The position numbers and the translations under genes were made by a program. The notes under the pieces are model-generated. The model did not search any database, had not been told where the DNA came from, and saw only the letters and a program-made list of their open reading frames with translations. Below, piece by piece: positions 52,272 to 64,000 of a DNA stretch of 64,000 bases. Position 1 is the stretch's first letter; every line of letters starts with the position of its first letter. The stretch lies in NCBI GenBank assembly GCA_964016885.1, contig OZ024743.1, positions 235,290,001 through 235,354,000 of the forward strand, read 5' to 3'. The DNA comes from Eledone cirrhosa. Taxonomy: Eukaryota.

Positions 52272-54116
52272 GCGCGGCGCATTTAACAACTCCTCGCGGA
52301 GATCTAGTTCCCCGAATCACTCAGTTTGGGGACCACGGGTATTGTTACCTACTCAAGGGGCCATTGCGGCGCATTTAACAACTTCCCGCGGAGATCTAGT
52401 TCCCCGAATCACTCAGTTTAGGGACCACGGGTATTGTTACCTACCCAAGGGGCCATTGCGACGCATTTAACAACTTCCCGCGGAGATCTAGTTCCCCGAA
52501 TTACTCAGTTTAGGGACCACGGGTATTGTTACCTACCCAAGGGGCCATTGCGGCGCATTTAACAACTTCCCGCGGAGATCTAGTTCCCCGAATTACTCAG
52601 TTTAGGGACCACGGGTATTGTTACCTACTCAAGGGGCCATTGCGGCGCATTTAACAACTTCCCGCGGAGATCTAGTTCCCCGAATCACTCAGTTTAGGGA
52701 CCACGGGTATTGTTACCTACCCAAGGGGCCATTGCGACGCATTTAACAACTTCCCGCGGAGATCTAGTTCCCCGAATTACTCAGTTTAGGGACCACGGGT
52801 ATTGTTACCTACTCAAGGGGCCATTGCGGCGCATTTAACAACTTCCCGCGGAGATCTAGTTCCCCGAATCACTCAGTTTAGGGACCACGGGTATTGTTAC
52901 CTACTCAAGGGGCCATTGCGGCGCATTTAACAACTTCCCGCGGAGATCTAGTTCCCCGAATCACTCAGTTTAGGGACCACGGGTATTGTTACCTACCCAA
53001 GGGGCCATTGCGGCGCATTTAACAACTTCCCGCGGAGATCTAGTTCCCCGAATTACTCAGTTTAGGGACCACGGGTATTGTTACCTACTCAAGGGGCCAT
53101 TGCGGCGCATTTAACAACATCCCGCGGAGATCTAGTTCCCCGAATCACTCAGTTTAGGGACCACGGGTATTGTTACCTACCCAAGGGGCCATTGCGGCGC
53201 ATTTAACAACTTCCCGCGGAGATCTAGTTCCCCGAATTACTCAGTTTAGGGACCACGGGTATTGTTACCTACTCAAGGGGCCATTGCGGCGCATTTAACA
53301 ACTTCCCGCGGAGATCTAGTTCCCCGAATCACTCAGTTTAGGGACCACGGGTATTGTTACCTACCCAAGGGGCCATTGCGACGCATTTAACAACTTCCCG
53401 CGGAGATCTAGTTCCCCGAATTACTCAGTTTAGGGACCACGGGTATTGTTACCTACTCAAGGGGCCATTGCGGCGCATTTAACAACATCCCGCGGAGATC
53501 TAGTTCCCCGAATCACTCAGTTTAGGGACCACGGGTATTGTTACCTACCCAAGGGGCCATTGCGACGCATTTAACAACTTCCCGCGGAGATCTAGTTCCC
53601 CGAATTACTCAGTTTAGGGACCACGGGTATTGTTACCTACTCAAGGGGCCATTGCGGCGCATTTAACAACATCCCGATACTCAGATCTAGTTCCCCGAAT
53701 CACTCAGTTTAGGGGACCACGGGTATTGTTACCTACCCAAGGGCCATTGCGACGCATTTAACAACTTCCCGCGGAGATCTAGTTCCCGAATTACTCAGTT
53801 TAGGGACCACGGGTATTGTTACCTACTCAAGGGGCCATTGCGGCGCATTTAACAACATCCCGCGGAGATCTAGTTCCCCGAATCACTCAGTTTAGGGACC
53901 ACGGGTATTGTTACCTACCCAAGGGGCCATTGCGGCGCATTTAACAACTTCCCGCGGAGATCTAGTTCCCCGAATTACTCAGTTTAGGGACCACGGGTAT
54001 TGTTACCTACTCAAGGGGCCATTGCGGCGCATTTAACAACTTCCCGCGGAGATCTAGTTCCCCGAATCACTCAATTTAGGGACCACGGGTATTGTTACCT
54101 ACCCAAGGGGCCATTT
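52272..54116. repeat. 92/93-bp GC-rich tandem repeat, about 20 copies
   Basis: Unit gcggcgcatttaacaacttcccgcggagatctagttccccgaatcactcagtttagggaccacgggtattgttacctacccaaggggccatt. Confidence 0.96.
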
Positions 54117-54404
54117 AGTAGGATTAAACCCGGAATTTCGTGATTGCGAAACGAATGTCTTGAGCACCAAGACGAATTAGTGAAAGCTTAGATGGAGGGA
54201 CTTGTATTGTTGTAGATGATATAGCAGCCTGACTGAACATCCGACTAATTACCTGCTTTTAATTAATTCTATATGTATGGGATTAATTGCTATGAGAGAA
54301 GGGATCAAGTAAACGCAGTTGAACATTTTGAGCTTAAGTTTAGGTTAAAGGACGGGGAAGAGAGGGGTGGGGTGGAGTCGGGTGGAATGATTGTAGTGGG
54401 AATG

Positions 54405-54430
54405 AAAGAGAGAGAGAGAAAGAGAGAGTT

Positions 54431-54461
<31 letters not shown>

Positions 54462-54502
54462 TAGATAGAGTGCGATTAAGAGAGAGAGAGAGAGAGAGAG
54501 TT

Positions 54503-54539
<37 letters not shown>

Positions 54540-54542
54540 GTT

Positions 54543-54574
<32 letters not shown>

Positions 54575-54798
54575 TAAGGGAGAGAGGGATAGAGTTTGTG
54601 TGTTTGTGTGTGACAGAGAGAGAGAGAGAGTTTATGTGTGTGTGAAAGAGAGAGGTAGAGAGAGAAAGAGAGCGAGAGTTTGTGTGTGTGTGAGAGAGAG
54701 AGAGAGGTGGAGAGAGAAAGAGAGCGAGAGTTTGTGTGTGAGAGAGAGAGAGAGAGGTGGAGAGAGAAAGAGGTGGAGAGAGAAAGAGAGAGAGAGTT

Positions 54799-54832
<34 letters not shown>

Positions 54833-55297
54833 GTGGAGAGAGAAAGAGAGAGAGAGAGTTTGTGTGTGTGAGAGAGAGAGAGAGAGGTAGAGAGAGAAAG
54901 AGAAAGAGAGTTTGTGTGTGTGAGAGAGAGAGAGAGAGGTGGAGAGAGAAAGAGAGAGAGAGAGAGTTTGTGTGTGTGTGAGAGAGAGAGAGTTTGTGTG
55001 TGTGTAAGAGAGAGAGAGTTTGTGTGTGTGTAAGAGAGAGAGAGAGGTGGAGAGAGAAGAGAGAGAGAGTTTGTGTGTGTGAAAGAGAGAGAGGTAGAGA
55101 GAAAGAGAGAGAGAGTTTGTGTGTGTGTGAGAGAGAGAGAGAGGTAGAGAGAGAAAGAGAGAGAGAGGTAGAGAGAGAAAGAGTGAGAGAGAGTTTGTGT
55201 GTGTGTGTGAGAGGTAGAGAGAGGTAGAGAGAGAAAGAGAGAGAGAGTGTGTGTGTGTGTGAGAGAGAGAGTCAGAGAGAGAAAGAGAGAGAGAGTT

Positions 55298-55350
<53 letters not shown>

Positions 55351-56021
55351 GAGAGAGAAAGAGAGAGAGAGAGTTTGTGTGTGAGAGAGAGAGGTGGAGA
55401 GAGAAAGAGAGAGAGAGAAAGAGAGAGAGAGTTTGTGTGTGAGAGAGAGAGAAGTAGAGAGAAAGAGAGAGAGCGCGTGTGTGTGTGTGAGAGAGAGAGG
55501 TAGAGAGAGAGAAAGAGAGAGAGAGAGAGTTTGTGTGTGTGAGAGAGAGGTGGAGAGAGAAAGAGAGAGAGAGAGAGAGAGTTTGTGTGTGTGAGAGAGA
55601 GAGAGCGAGAGGTGGAGAGAGAAAGAGAGAGAGAGTGTGTGTGTGTGAGAGAGAGAGAGGTGGAGAGAGAAAGAGAGAGAGAGAGTTTGTGTGTGAGAGA
55701 GAGAGAGGTAGAGAGAGAAAGAGAGAGTTTGTGTGTGTGAGAGAGAGAGAGGTGGAGAGAGAAAGAGAGAGAGAGTTTGTGTGTCTGAAAGAGAGAGAGG
55801 TAGAGAGAAAGAGAGAGAGGTAGTGAGAAAGAGAGAGAGAGTTTGTGTGTGTGTGAGAGAGAGAGAGGTAGAGAGAGAAAGAGAGAGAGAGGTAGAGAGA
55901 GAAAGAGTGAGAGAGAGTTTGTGTGTGTGTGTGAGAGGTAGAGAGAGGTAGAGAGAGAAAGAGAGAGAGAGTGTGTGTGTGTGTGAGAGAGAGAGTCAGA
56001 GAGAGAAAGAGAGAGAGAGTT

Positions 56022-56074
<53 letters not shown>

Positions 56075-57093
56075 GAGAGAGAAAGAGAGAGAGAGAGTTT
56101 GTGTGTGAGAGAGAGAGGTGGAGAGAGAAAGAGAGAGAGAGAAAGAGAGAGAGAGTTTGTGTGTGAGAGAGAGAGAAGTAGAGAGAAAGAGAGAGAGCGC
56201 GTGTGTGTGTGTGAGAGAGAGAGGTAGAGAGAGAGAAAGAGAGAGAGAGAGAGTTTGTGTGTGTGAGAGAGAGGTGGAGAGAGAAAGAGAGAGAGAGAGA
56301 GAGAGTTTGTGTGTGTGAGAGAGAGAGAGCGAGAGGTGGAGAGAGAAAGAGAGAGAGAGTGTGTGTGTGTGAGAGAGAGAGAGGTGGAGAGAGAAAGAGA
56401 GAGAGAGAGTTTGTGTGTGAGAGAGAGAGAGGTAGAGAGAGAAAGAGAGAGTTTGTGTGTGTGAGAGAGAGAGAGGTGGAGAGAGAAAGAGAGAGAGAGT
56501 TTGTGTGTCTGAAAGAGAGAGAGGTAGAGAGAAAGAGAGAGAGGTAGTGAGAAAGAGAGAGAGAGTTTGTGTGTGTGTGAGAGAGAGAGAGGTAGAGAGA
56601 GAAAGAGAGAGAGAGGTAGAGAGAGAAAGAGTGAGAGAGAGTTTGTGTGTGTGTGTGAGAGGTAGAGAGAGGTAGAGAGAGAAAGAGAGAGAGAGTGTGT
56701 GTGTGTGTGAGAGAGAGAGTCAGAGAGAGAAAGAGAGAGTTTGTGTGTGTGTGAGAGAGAGAGAGAGAGCGAGAGAGAGAGGTAGAGAGAGAAAGAGAGA
56801 GAGAGAGTTTGTGTGTGAGAGAGAGAGAGGTGGAGAGAGAAAGAGAGAGAGAGTTTGTGTGTGAGAGAGAGAGAAGTAGAGAGAAAGAGAGAGAGCGCGT
56901 GTGTGTGTGTGAGAGAGAGAGGTAGAGAGAGAGAAAGAGAGAGAGAGAGTTTGTGTGTGTGAGAGAGAGGTAGAGAGAGAAAGAGAGAGTTTGTGTGTGT
57001 GAGAGAGAGAGAGAGGTGGAGAGAGAAAGAGAGAGAGAGAGTTTGTGTGTGTGAGAGAGAGAGAGGTGGAGAGAGAAAGAGAGAGAGAGAGTT

Positions 57094-57125
<32 letters not shown>

Positions 57126-57309
57126 GGAGAAAGAGAGAGAGAGAGTTTGTGTGTGTGTGAGAGAGACGGAGAGAGGTAGAGAGAGAAAGAGAGAGAGAGT
57201 TTTGTGTGAGAGAGAGAGAGGTGGAGAGAGAAAGAGAGAGAGAGTGTGTGTGTGAGAGAGAGAGAGAGAGAGGTGGAGAGAGAAAGAGAGAGAGAGAGTA
57301 TGTGTGTGT

Positions 57310-57340
<31 letters not shown>

Positions 57341-57342
57341 TT

Positions 57343-57377
<35 letters not shown>

Positions 57378-57401
57378 GGTGGAGAGAGAAAGAGAGGGAG
57401 A

Positions 57402-57432
<31 letters not shown>

Positions 57433-57552
57433 GTGGAGAGAGAAAGAGAGAGAGAGTGTGTGTGTGTGTGTGAGAGAGATAGTTAGAGAGAGAAAGAGAG
57501 AGAGAGTTTGTTTGTGTGTGAGAGAGAGAGAGAGAGAGAGGTGGAGAGAGAA

Positions 57553-57590
<38 letters not shown>

Positions 57591-57646
57591 TTTCTGTGTG
57601 TGACAGAGTGAGAGAGAGGTGGAGAGAGAAAGAGAGAGAGAGAGTT

Positions 57647-57697
<51 letters not shown>

Positions 57698-57722
57698 GAG
57701 AGAGAAAGAGAGAGAGAGAGTT

Positions 57723-57755
<33 letters not shown>

Positions 57756-57784
57756 GGTAGAGAGAGAAAGAGAGAGAGAGAGTT

Positions 57785-57842
<58 letters not shown>

Positions 57843-57871
57843 TTTGTGTGTGAGAGAGAGAGAGAGAGAGA
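54405..57871. repeat. Compound (GA)n/(GT)n microsatellite with a 724-bp internal duplication
   Basis: Identical translated stretches at 55394/56118, 55533/56257 and 55733/56457. Confidence 0.93.
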
Positions 57872-57965
57872 CTATTCTGTTGGGTTAGTACAGCAAATAT
57901 TGACAAGAGAAGACTTACCATATGTTAGGTTCACAGTAATTGAAAATTATATAACGAACAACAAT

Positions 57966-58380
<415 letters not shown>

Positions 58381-58521
58381 ATGTTGATTTCTCCGGAATG
58401 AAACAGTTCTTGTCCTGTAGAAGCCATTTCTATATTAAATATTTATACTCTCCTTTGTATTGAGTACCTTACTTACTGTGGTTACCCCCGATTGAACCTG
58501 GGATAACATATATATATATAT

Positions 58522-58658
58522 ATAACGAAGGAAGTGTGGTAAGGAACCAGGTGGACCATAACGCGCCAGAGTACTCAATACTTAGGGTATAGAGTGGGTC
58601 ATAGGAAAATGTTTAACCACAACGGCTTGAGCTCTGCCGTCGGGGTTAAACATTTTTC

Positions 58659-58660
<2 letters not shown>
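58522..58660. mobile_element. Second fold-back copy of element D between (TA)n tracts
   Basis: Matches 47412-47505, then switches strand to aacggcttgagctctgccgtcggggttaaacatttttcta. Confidence 0.6.
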
Positions 58661-58726
<66 letters not shown>

Positions 58727-58739
58727 AGAAAATAAATGG

Positions 58740-59280
58740 ATTCTACAGGACTAGAACTGTTTCATTCGGGAGAAATCATCAGGAAGCCAAAGGACTTCCT
58801 GATTATTTCACCAAGGTATCTGGCAAGTGTATCTGACTTCTGCCGTCTCCTCTTTGCTTTATGCTTGTGAAACGTGGATCACATACAGAAAGCACCTCAA
58901 GGATCAGGAGAGGTTTCACCAACAATCTCTTCGTAAGTTACTTGGGGTGCAATAGAAAATGTTCGTCAGTGATTTGGAAGTTCTCGAACGGAGCAGGTGT
59001 GTGACTACAGAGAGGATGGTCTTTCGGCATCGGTTGGGGTGGTGAGGTCACGTGGTCCGGATGCCTGATGATCGTATTCCAAAGCAACTTCTGTGGAGAA
59101 CTGTGTGAAGGAAGGCGCCCACCACACAAACCAAAAATGCGGTACCGGGACTGATGAAGAGTAATCACCCAGAAACATTAGTGTCTGCAGTTCTGTTTAC
59201 TTGCCAACACTAGAGCAAGAATGAGGGTTCATTCTACTGACATGGCTTAAAAAAGAGGTTGTTTGGATAATTGCAAACGA
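58740..59280 (+). mobile_element. Degenerate RTE-clade LINE 3' fragment
   Basis: LLYACETW..RKHLK..ERFHQQSLRKLLGV and W*GHVVRMPDDRIPKQLL..GELCEGRR..KPKMRYRD. Confidence 0.8.
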
Positions 59281-59342
59281 ATCGAATATTATTATCATTA
59301 TTCGAAAAACTCAGATTACATTTATCATATATATTTCTATAT

Positions 59343-59372
<30 letters not shown>

Positions 59373-59375
<3 letters not shown>

Positions 59376-60025
59376 CGAATATATTACACAGAGAGAAGTG
59401 TGTTACACAGTGAGATGTGTGTAAAGAATTAATACATGTGAGTTTAACCGTTACTGTGTGGAAAACAACACCTACAGGTTGGCAATTAAATAGAAAGAAC
59501 ACTAAGTCAGAATCAAATCTCCGAAGTAGAGTTTTAAATTACCAACCTTATCTTCCCCAATTCATGAGAGCCGTTATTTGATGCAAATAACACGTGTTTT
59601 CGCCCTGCTCTGGGCAGCGTGTATATTTGCGTTCTCTCTTTCCATTAGGCTAGATGTGTAGCTAACAATTCCACACTCGTGGACTGAGGACCCTGTGTAC
59701 TTTTACACTACACATTTCAGTGGCGAAACGAACTAGATTCGTATCAGCAAGCTTATAGTTATAAGGTTGGTAATTTAAAACTCTACTTCGGAGATTTGAT
59801 TCTGACTTAGTTTTCTTTCTATTTAATTGCCAACCTGTAGGTGTTGTTTTCCATACAGTAACGGTTAAACTCATATGTAATAATTCTTTACACACATCTC
59901 ACTGTGTAACACACTTCTCTCTGTGTAATATATTTGTATTTGAGCTCAGTTGAAAATTCTCTGTTCTTCTTTGAGCTAATATTATTATTACTGTGAACTG
60001 CGGAATACTCTAATTCCGATCCTTG
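59373..60025. mobile_element. Penelope pLTR/retrozyme-like element C (inverted arm plus forward arm) in (TA)n
   Basis: 59373-59551 is the reverse complement of ~59761-59939. Hammerhead-like core at 59684-59743. Confidence 0.65.
59680..59748 (+). ncRNA. Hammerhead ribozyme candidate (element C)
   Basis: CTGAGGA-[ccctg/tgtgta..tacaca/cagtgg]c-GAA-Acgaa(ctaga)ttcgT-A. Stem I has only 2 bp. Confidence 0.5.
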
Positions 60026-60121
<96 letters not shown>

Positions 60122-60366
60122 TAGATATAGATATAGATATATATATATGTATATATATATATAAGTATGTACACGTACATACATATATGTATACAGACGT
60201 ACAGTAGTATGTATATATATATACAAACATGCACACATATATATATGTACATATGGATTCACCGAACATTTATTATAATGCTCGGTGTGTTTGTAAACAA
60301 ACATCCCGTATTAAGCCGTAGTGTCTAGTAACCATCGTTGCTCGTTTGTTCAGCACTGACAAAGGA

Positions 60367-60409
60367 ATGCTGTACCAGTTTCAAGCTTATTAGCTATCGT
60401 CAGCAACGT
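60367..60409 (-). ncRNA. Minimal hammerhead ribozyme (element B, inverted copy)
   Basis: acgttg-CTGACGA-tagct(aata)agctt-GAA-ACTGGT-A-cagcat on the minus strand. Confidence 0.62.
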
Positions 60410-60675
60410 ATACCTTCCTGCCAGAGTCTTAAACGTATATACTTACCTTATGCATACTACTGTACGTCTGTATACATATATGTATGTACATGTACATACT
60501 TATATTTAAGTAACAGCCGTACTAAGAGTGGGAAATGAAAATTTCGTTTCATTTTTTCCGTTTATCGTTTTCGCTGCACCCGGCCGATTAACCCACTCAA
60601 TATGCAAATTGGGCTACTCAGCCGTTAATATGCATAAGGTAAGTATATACGTTCAACAATCTGGCAGGAAGGTAT

Positions 60676-60718
60676 ACGTTGCTGACGATAGCTAATAGGC
60701 TTGAAACTAGTACAGCGT
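60676..60718 (+). ncRNA. Minimal hammerhead ribozyme (element B)
   Basis: acgttg-CTGACGA-tagct(aata)ggctt-GAA-ACTAGT-A-cagcgt, with palindromic stem III and a GUA site. Confidence 0.72.
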
Positions 60719-60984
60719 TCCTTTGTCAGTGCTGAACAAACGAGCAACGATGGTTGCTAGACACTACGGCTTAATACGGGATGTTTGTTTACAAACACAC
60801 CGAGCATTATAATAAATGTTCGGTGAATCCATACGTACATATATATATATGTGTACCTGTATGTGTATATATAAACATACTACTGTACGTCTGTATACAT
60901 ATATGTATGTACGTGTACATACTTATATTTAAGTAACAGCCGTACTAAGAGTGGGAAATGAAATTTCGTTTAATTTTTTCCGTT

Positions 60985-61079
<95 letters not shown>

Positions 61080-61799
61080 ATATAGATATATATATGATTT
61101 TTAAGATAGAATTGGCCGAATACGCTTTACTAACCATTTATAGCAGATGTGTTAGACCCCTGTAATTTTGTATCATTTTTGTTACTAATCCAATTCTACA
61201 ATTTCAAAATTTCTTATTTAGTATTTTCTATTCTCAACTTATTAACCTGTAGTTGTAAGATAGCATTGGTGGAATACGCTTTACTAACTATTTATAGTAG
61301 CTGTGTTAGACCCTTGAAAAGTTTGCATTATATTTTTTCACTACTCACTTCTACAATTTCTTATTTAGCATTTTCCATTCTCAACTTATTAACCTTTTCT
61401 ATAGCTTTGGCCGTACAAGCAACAACTACTAATTAGAGCAGCTGTTTCTAGGCTCTACTGTTTTTGTTTATTTTTCCATTTCTCACTATCTAATTTTATA
61501 TTTTTCTTTTATATTTCTTTCTATTATTTTTTATTGTCTCCTACTTTCATTTGCTTTACCTATTCTATAACCTCCCTCCTCCATTTTCTCCTGAACAATT
61601 TTTCGACTTTTCATACACTATCCTTAGAATCTGCTGTACAGATTTCACTTTCAACGCTTGACCAGCTCCAATCACTCCCTCATTGTTCTACAGGCAAGTT
61701 CATCCACCCCTACCTCCCACCAAATGCCATGACAGACTTATTTGTGTTTACAACGAATTTTGACCAATCCTCTTAACAACACAATCTTCCCATATAAGG

Positions 61800-61991
61800 A
61801 AGTACCCCTTGACAAGTTCGGCTATTTATTTACCAGGCTAAAAATTCTAATTTAGTCCAGAAATAGCCGTCGAAACGGCTTGAGCTCTGCCGTCGGGGTC
61901 ATACTTTTTCCTATTACCCACTCTACTACCCTAATTATTAAGTACTCTGGTGCGTTATGGTCCATCTGGTTCCTTACCACAATTCCTTCGT

Positions 61992-61992
<1 letters not shown>
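61800..61992 (+). mobile_element. Longer forward copy of element D with a decayed hammerhead-like fold
   Basis: cttgacaa-gttcggctattt...gaaatagccgtc-GAAAcggct, ending ccttcgtta(TA)n. Confidence 0.5.
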
Positions 61993-62026
<34 letters not shown>

Positions 62027-62079
62027 ACAGAGAGTGACAGACAGACATGGAGGGAGGGGTAACAAGAGAGAGGGGGATG

Positions 62080-62960
62080 AGAAGAAGAAGAAGAAAAAGA
62101 AGAAGAAGAAGAAGAAGAAGAAGAAGAAGAAGCTTAGTTCACGTGACCAGAATAGTCGGTATGATTTCTGTGTACAAAGCCCGTCGTTGTTTTGTCGTGA
62201 CAGAAATAGCACTGACGAACAGCATAGTAAAGAAACACACATATATATACACACACATATACACATATATACACATATACATATATACATACACATATAC
62301 ACATATTTACGCATACATATATACACATACACATATACACGTGCCTGTATCGATGTGTGTATATACTTGCATGAATGATTGTGAATGTATGTGTAAGAAT
62401 ATATCTGTGTGTTTGTATATACGTGAACTTGTGTACATGTATGCGTATTTGCGTGCATATATGTATATATATATGCATACGTGTGTGTAAATATATGTAT
62501 CCATGTATTTATATACATACCTGCATATGTGTGTCCATGTTTGCATGTATATTCATTCATACCTGTGTGTGTGTGTGTGTAAGTATATGTGTGCATGTAT
62601 GTGAGCATATATTAGTGTGTTCATGCATGAACACACTAATATATGCTCACATGCATGCACACATATGCGCACATGCTTTCATGTGTATGTGTATGCATGT
62701 CTGCATATGTATATGTATGTGCATGCATGCCTGCATGTGTATGTGTACACATATGTACGTGCATGTGTGTCTGTATCTGTATGTGTACACATATGTAATA
62801 GCATGTTTGTCTGCATGCGTACATACATGCATATGTACGTGCCTGCTTCTCTGCATGTGCATGTCTGTATGTGTATGTGTACACATATGTATGTGTATGC
62901 ATGTCTGTATGTGTATGTGTACACATGTGCATGCATGTCTGTATGTGTATTTGTGCACAT
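62080..62960. repeat. (AAG)n and (ATAC/ATGT)n low-complexity region
   Basis: Simple repeats read directly. Confidence 0.88.
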
Positions 62961-63027
62961 TGTAGAAATCTCTTTGTGTAGTATTTCTCTGAAAACAATC
63001 ATGGCGACAGCATAACATACGAACCAA

Positions 63028-63892
63028 GACAGCAACAACAATAACAACAACAACAACAGTAACAACAACAGTAACAACAACAACAACAACAACAGTAACA
63101 ACAACAGTAACAACAACAAGAGCAACAACAACAGCAGTAACAGCAGCAGCAACAACAACATCAACAGGAACAACAACAGTAACAAAAACAGCAGCAGTAA
63201 CAACAACAACTACGGTAACAACAACAGTAACAACAACAACAACAACAACAGTAACAACAACAACAGTAACAACAACAACAACAGTAATAACAACAACAAC
63301 AACAACAACCACAACAGTAACAACAACAACTACAGTAGAAACAACAACAACCACAACAGTAACAACAACAACTACAGTAGAAACAACAACAACCACAACA
63401 GTAACAACAACAACAATAAGAGTAACAGTAACAACAACAGTAACAACAACAACAGTAACAACAACCACAACAGTAATAACAACAACAACAGGAACAACAA
63501 CAGTAACAACAACAACAACAGTAACAACAATCACACCAGTAACAACAACAACAACTACAGTAACAACAACAGTAACAACAAACACAACAGTAACAACAGT
63601 AACAACAACAACAACAACAACAATAACAACAACAACAGTAACAACAACCACAACAGTAACAACAACAACAGTAACAACAACAACAACAGTAACAATAACT
63701 ACAGTAACAACAACAATAACAACAGTAACAACAACAAAAACAATAACAACAACCACAACAGTAACAACAACAACAACAGTAACAACAACCACAAAAGTAA
63801 CAACAATAACAGTAACAACAACCACAACAGTAACAACAACCACAACAGTAACAACAACAACAGTAACAACAACCACAACAGTAACAAAAACT

Positions 63893-63925
<33 letters not shown>

Positions 63926-64000
63926 GTAACAACAACAACATCAGTAACAACAACAACAACAGTGACAACAACCACAACAGTAACAACAACAGCAGTAACA
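63028..64000. repeat. (AAC)n/ACAGTA compound microsatellite
   Basis: Simple repeats read directly. Source of the poly-V/T and poly-L pseudo-ORFs. Confidence 0.93.

Larger units (their letters stand above)
60159..60988. mobile_element. Penelope pLTR/retrozyme-like element B: ~423-bp unit, inverted partial copy plus ~1.3 tandem copies, in (TA)n
   Basis: The minus arm spans 60159-60456 and the plus arm 60453-60988, with a direct repeat at 60458/60881. Each arm has a hammerhead. Confidence 0.75.

Noticed and set aside
52272-54116. Hammerhead or CRISPR interpretation of the 92-bp array
   Set aside because: There are no spacers. The minus-strand CTGAGTGA..GAAC does not fit CUGANGA..GAAA with supporting stems.
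59151-59190. CTGATGA..GAAAC hammerhead-like string
   Set aside because: It lies within RTE coding remnants and stem II does not pair.
61118-61400. ~154-bp local duplication (a similar one lies at ~26290-26600 in intron 1)
   Set aside because: Diverged AT-rich two-copy duplications with no further structure.

Overview
Repeat-dense, AT-rich animal DNA. The SINE and microsatellite content looks like octopus/coleoid, which is an inference. 1-21.5 kb is a 61-bp satellite with higher-order structure, carrying two near-identical CR1-clade LINE copies in opposite orientation. It is followed by a degenerate Tx1/L1-clade LINE and an LTR remnant. The only host gene seen is a three-exon gene (25097-28920, +) for a ~443-aa secreted protein with 11 six-cysteine pacifastin/VWC-like modules. 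Just downstream is a nest of retroelements: a full-length Tx1-type LINE whose ORF1 is interrupted by a non-autonomous LTR element, a nearly intact R4/Dong-type RLE LINE, and a stack of a second R4/Dong family. The most striking signal is in 45.7-62 kb. Several unrelated short non-coding elements carry minimal type-I hammerhead ribozyme cores, sit inside (TA)n tracts and share an inverted-arm plus forward/tandem-arm layout (Penelope pLTR/retrozyme-like). Three of them have an ATGCAAAT octamer 80-103 bp upstream of the ribozyme. The rest is mini- and microsatellite. No rRNA, tRNA gene or CRISPR array is supported.
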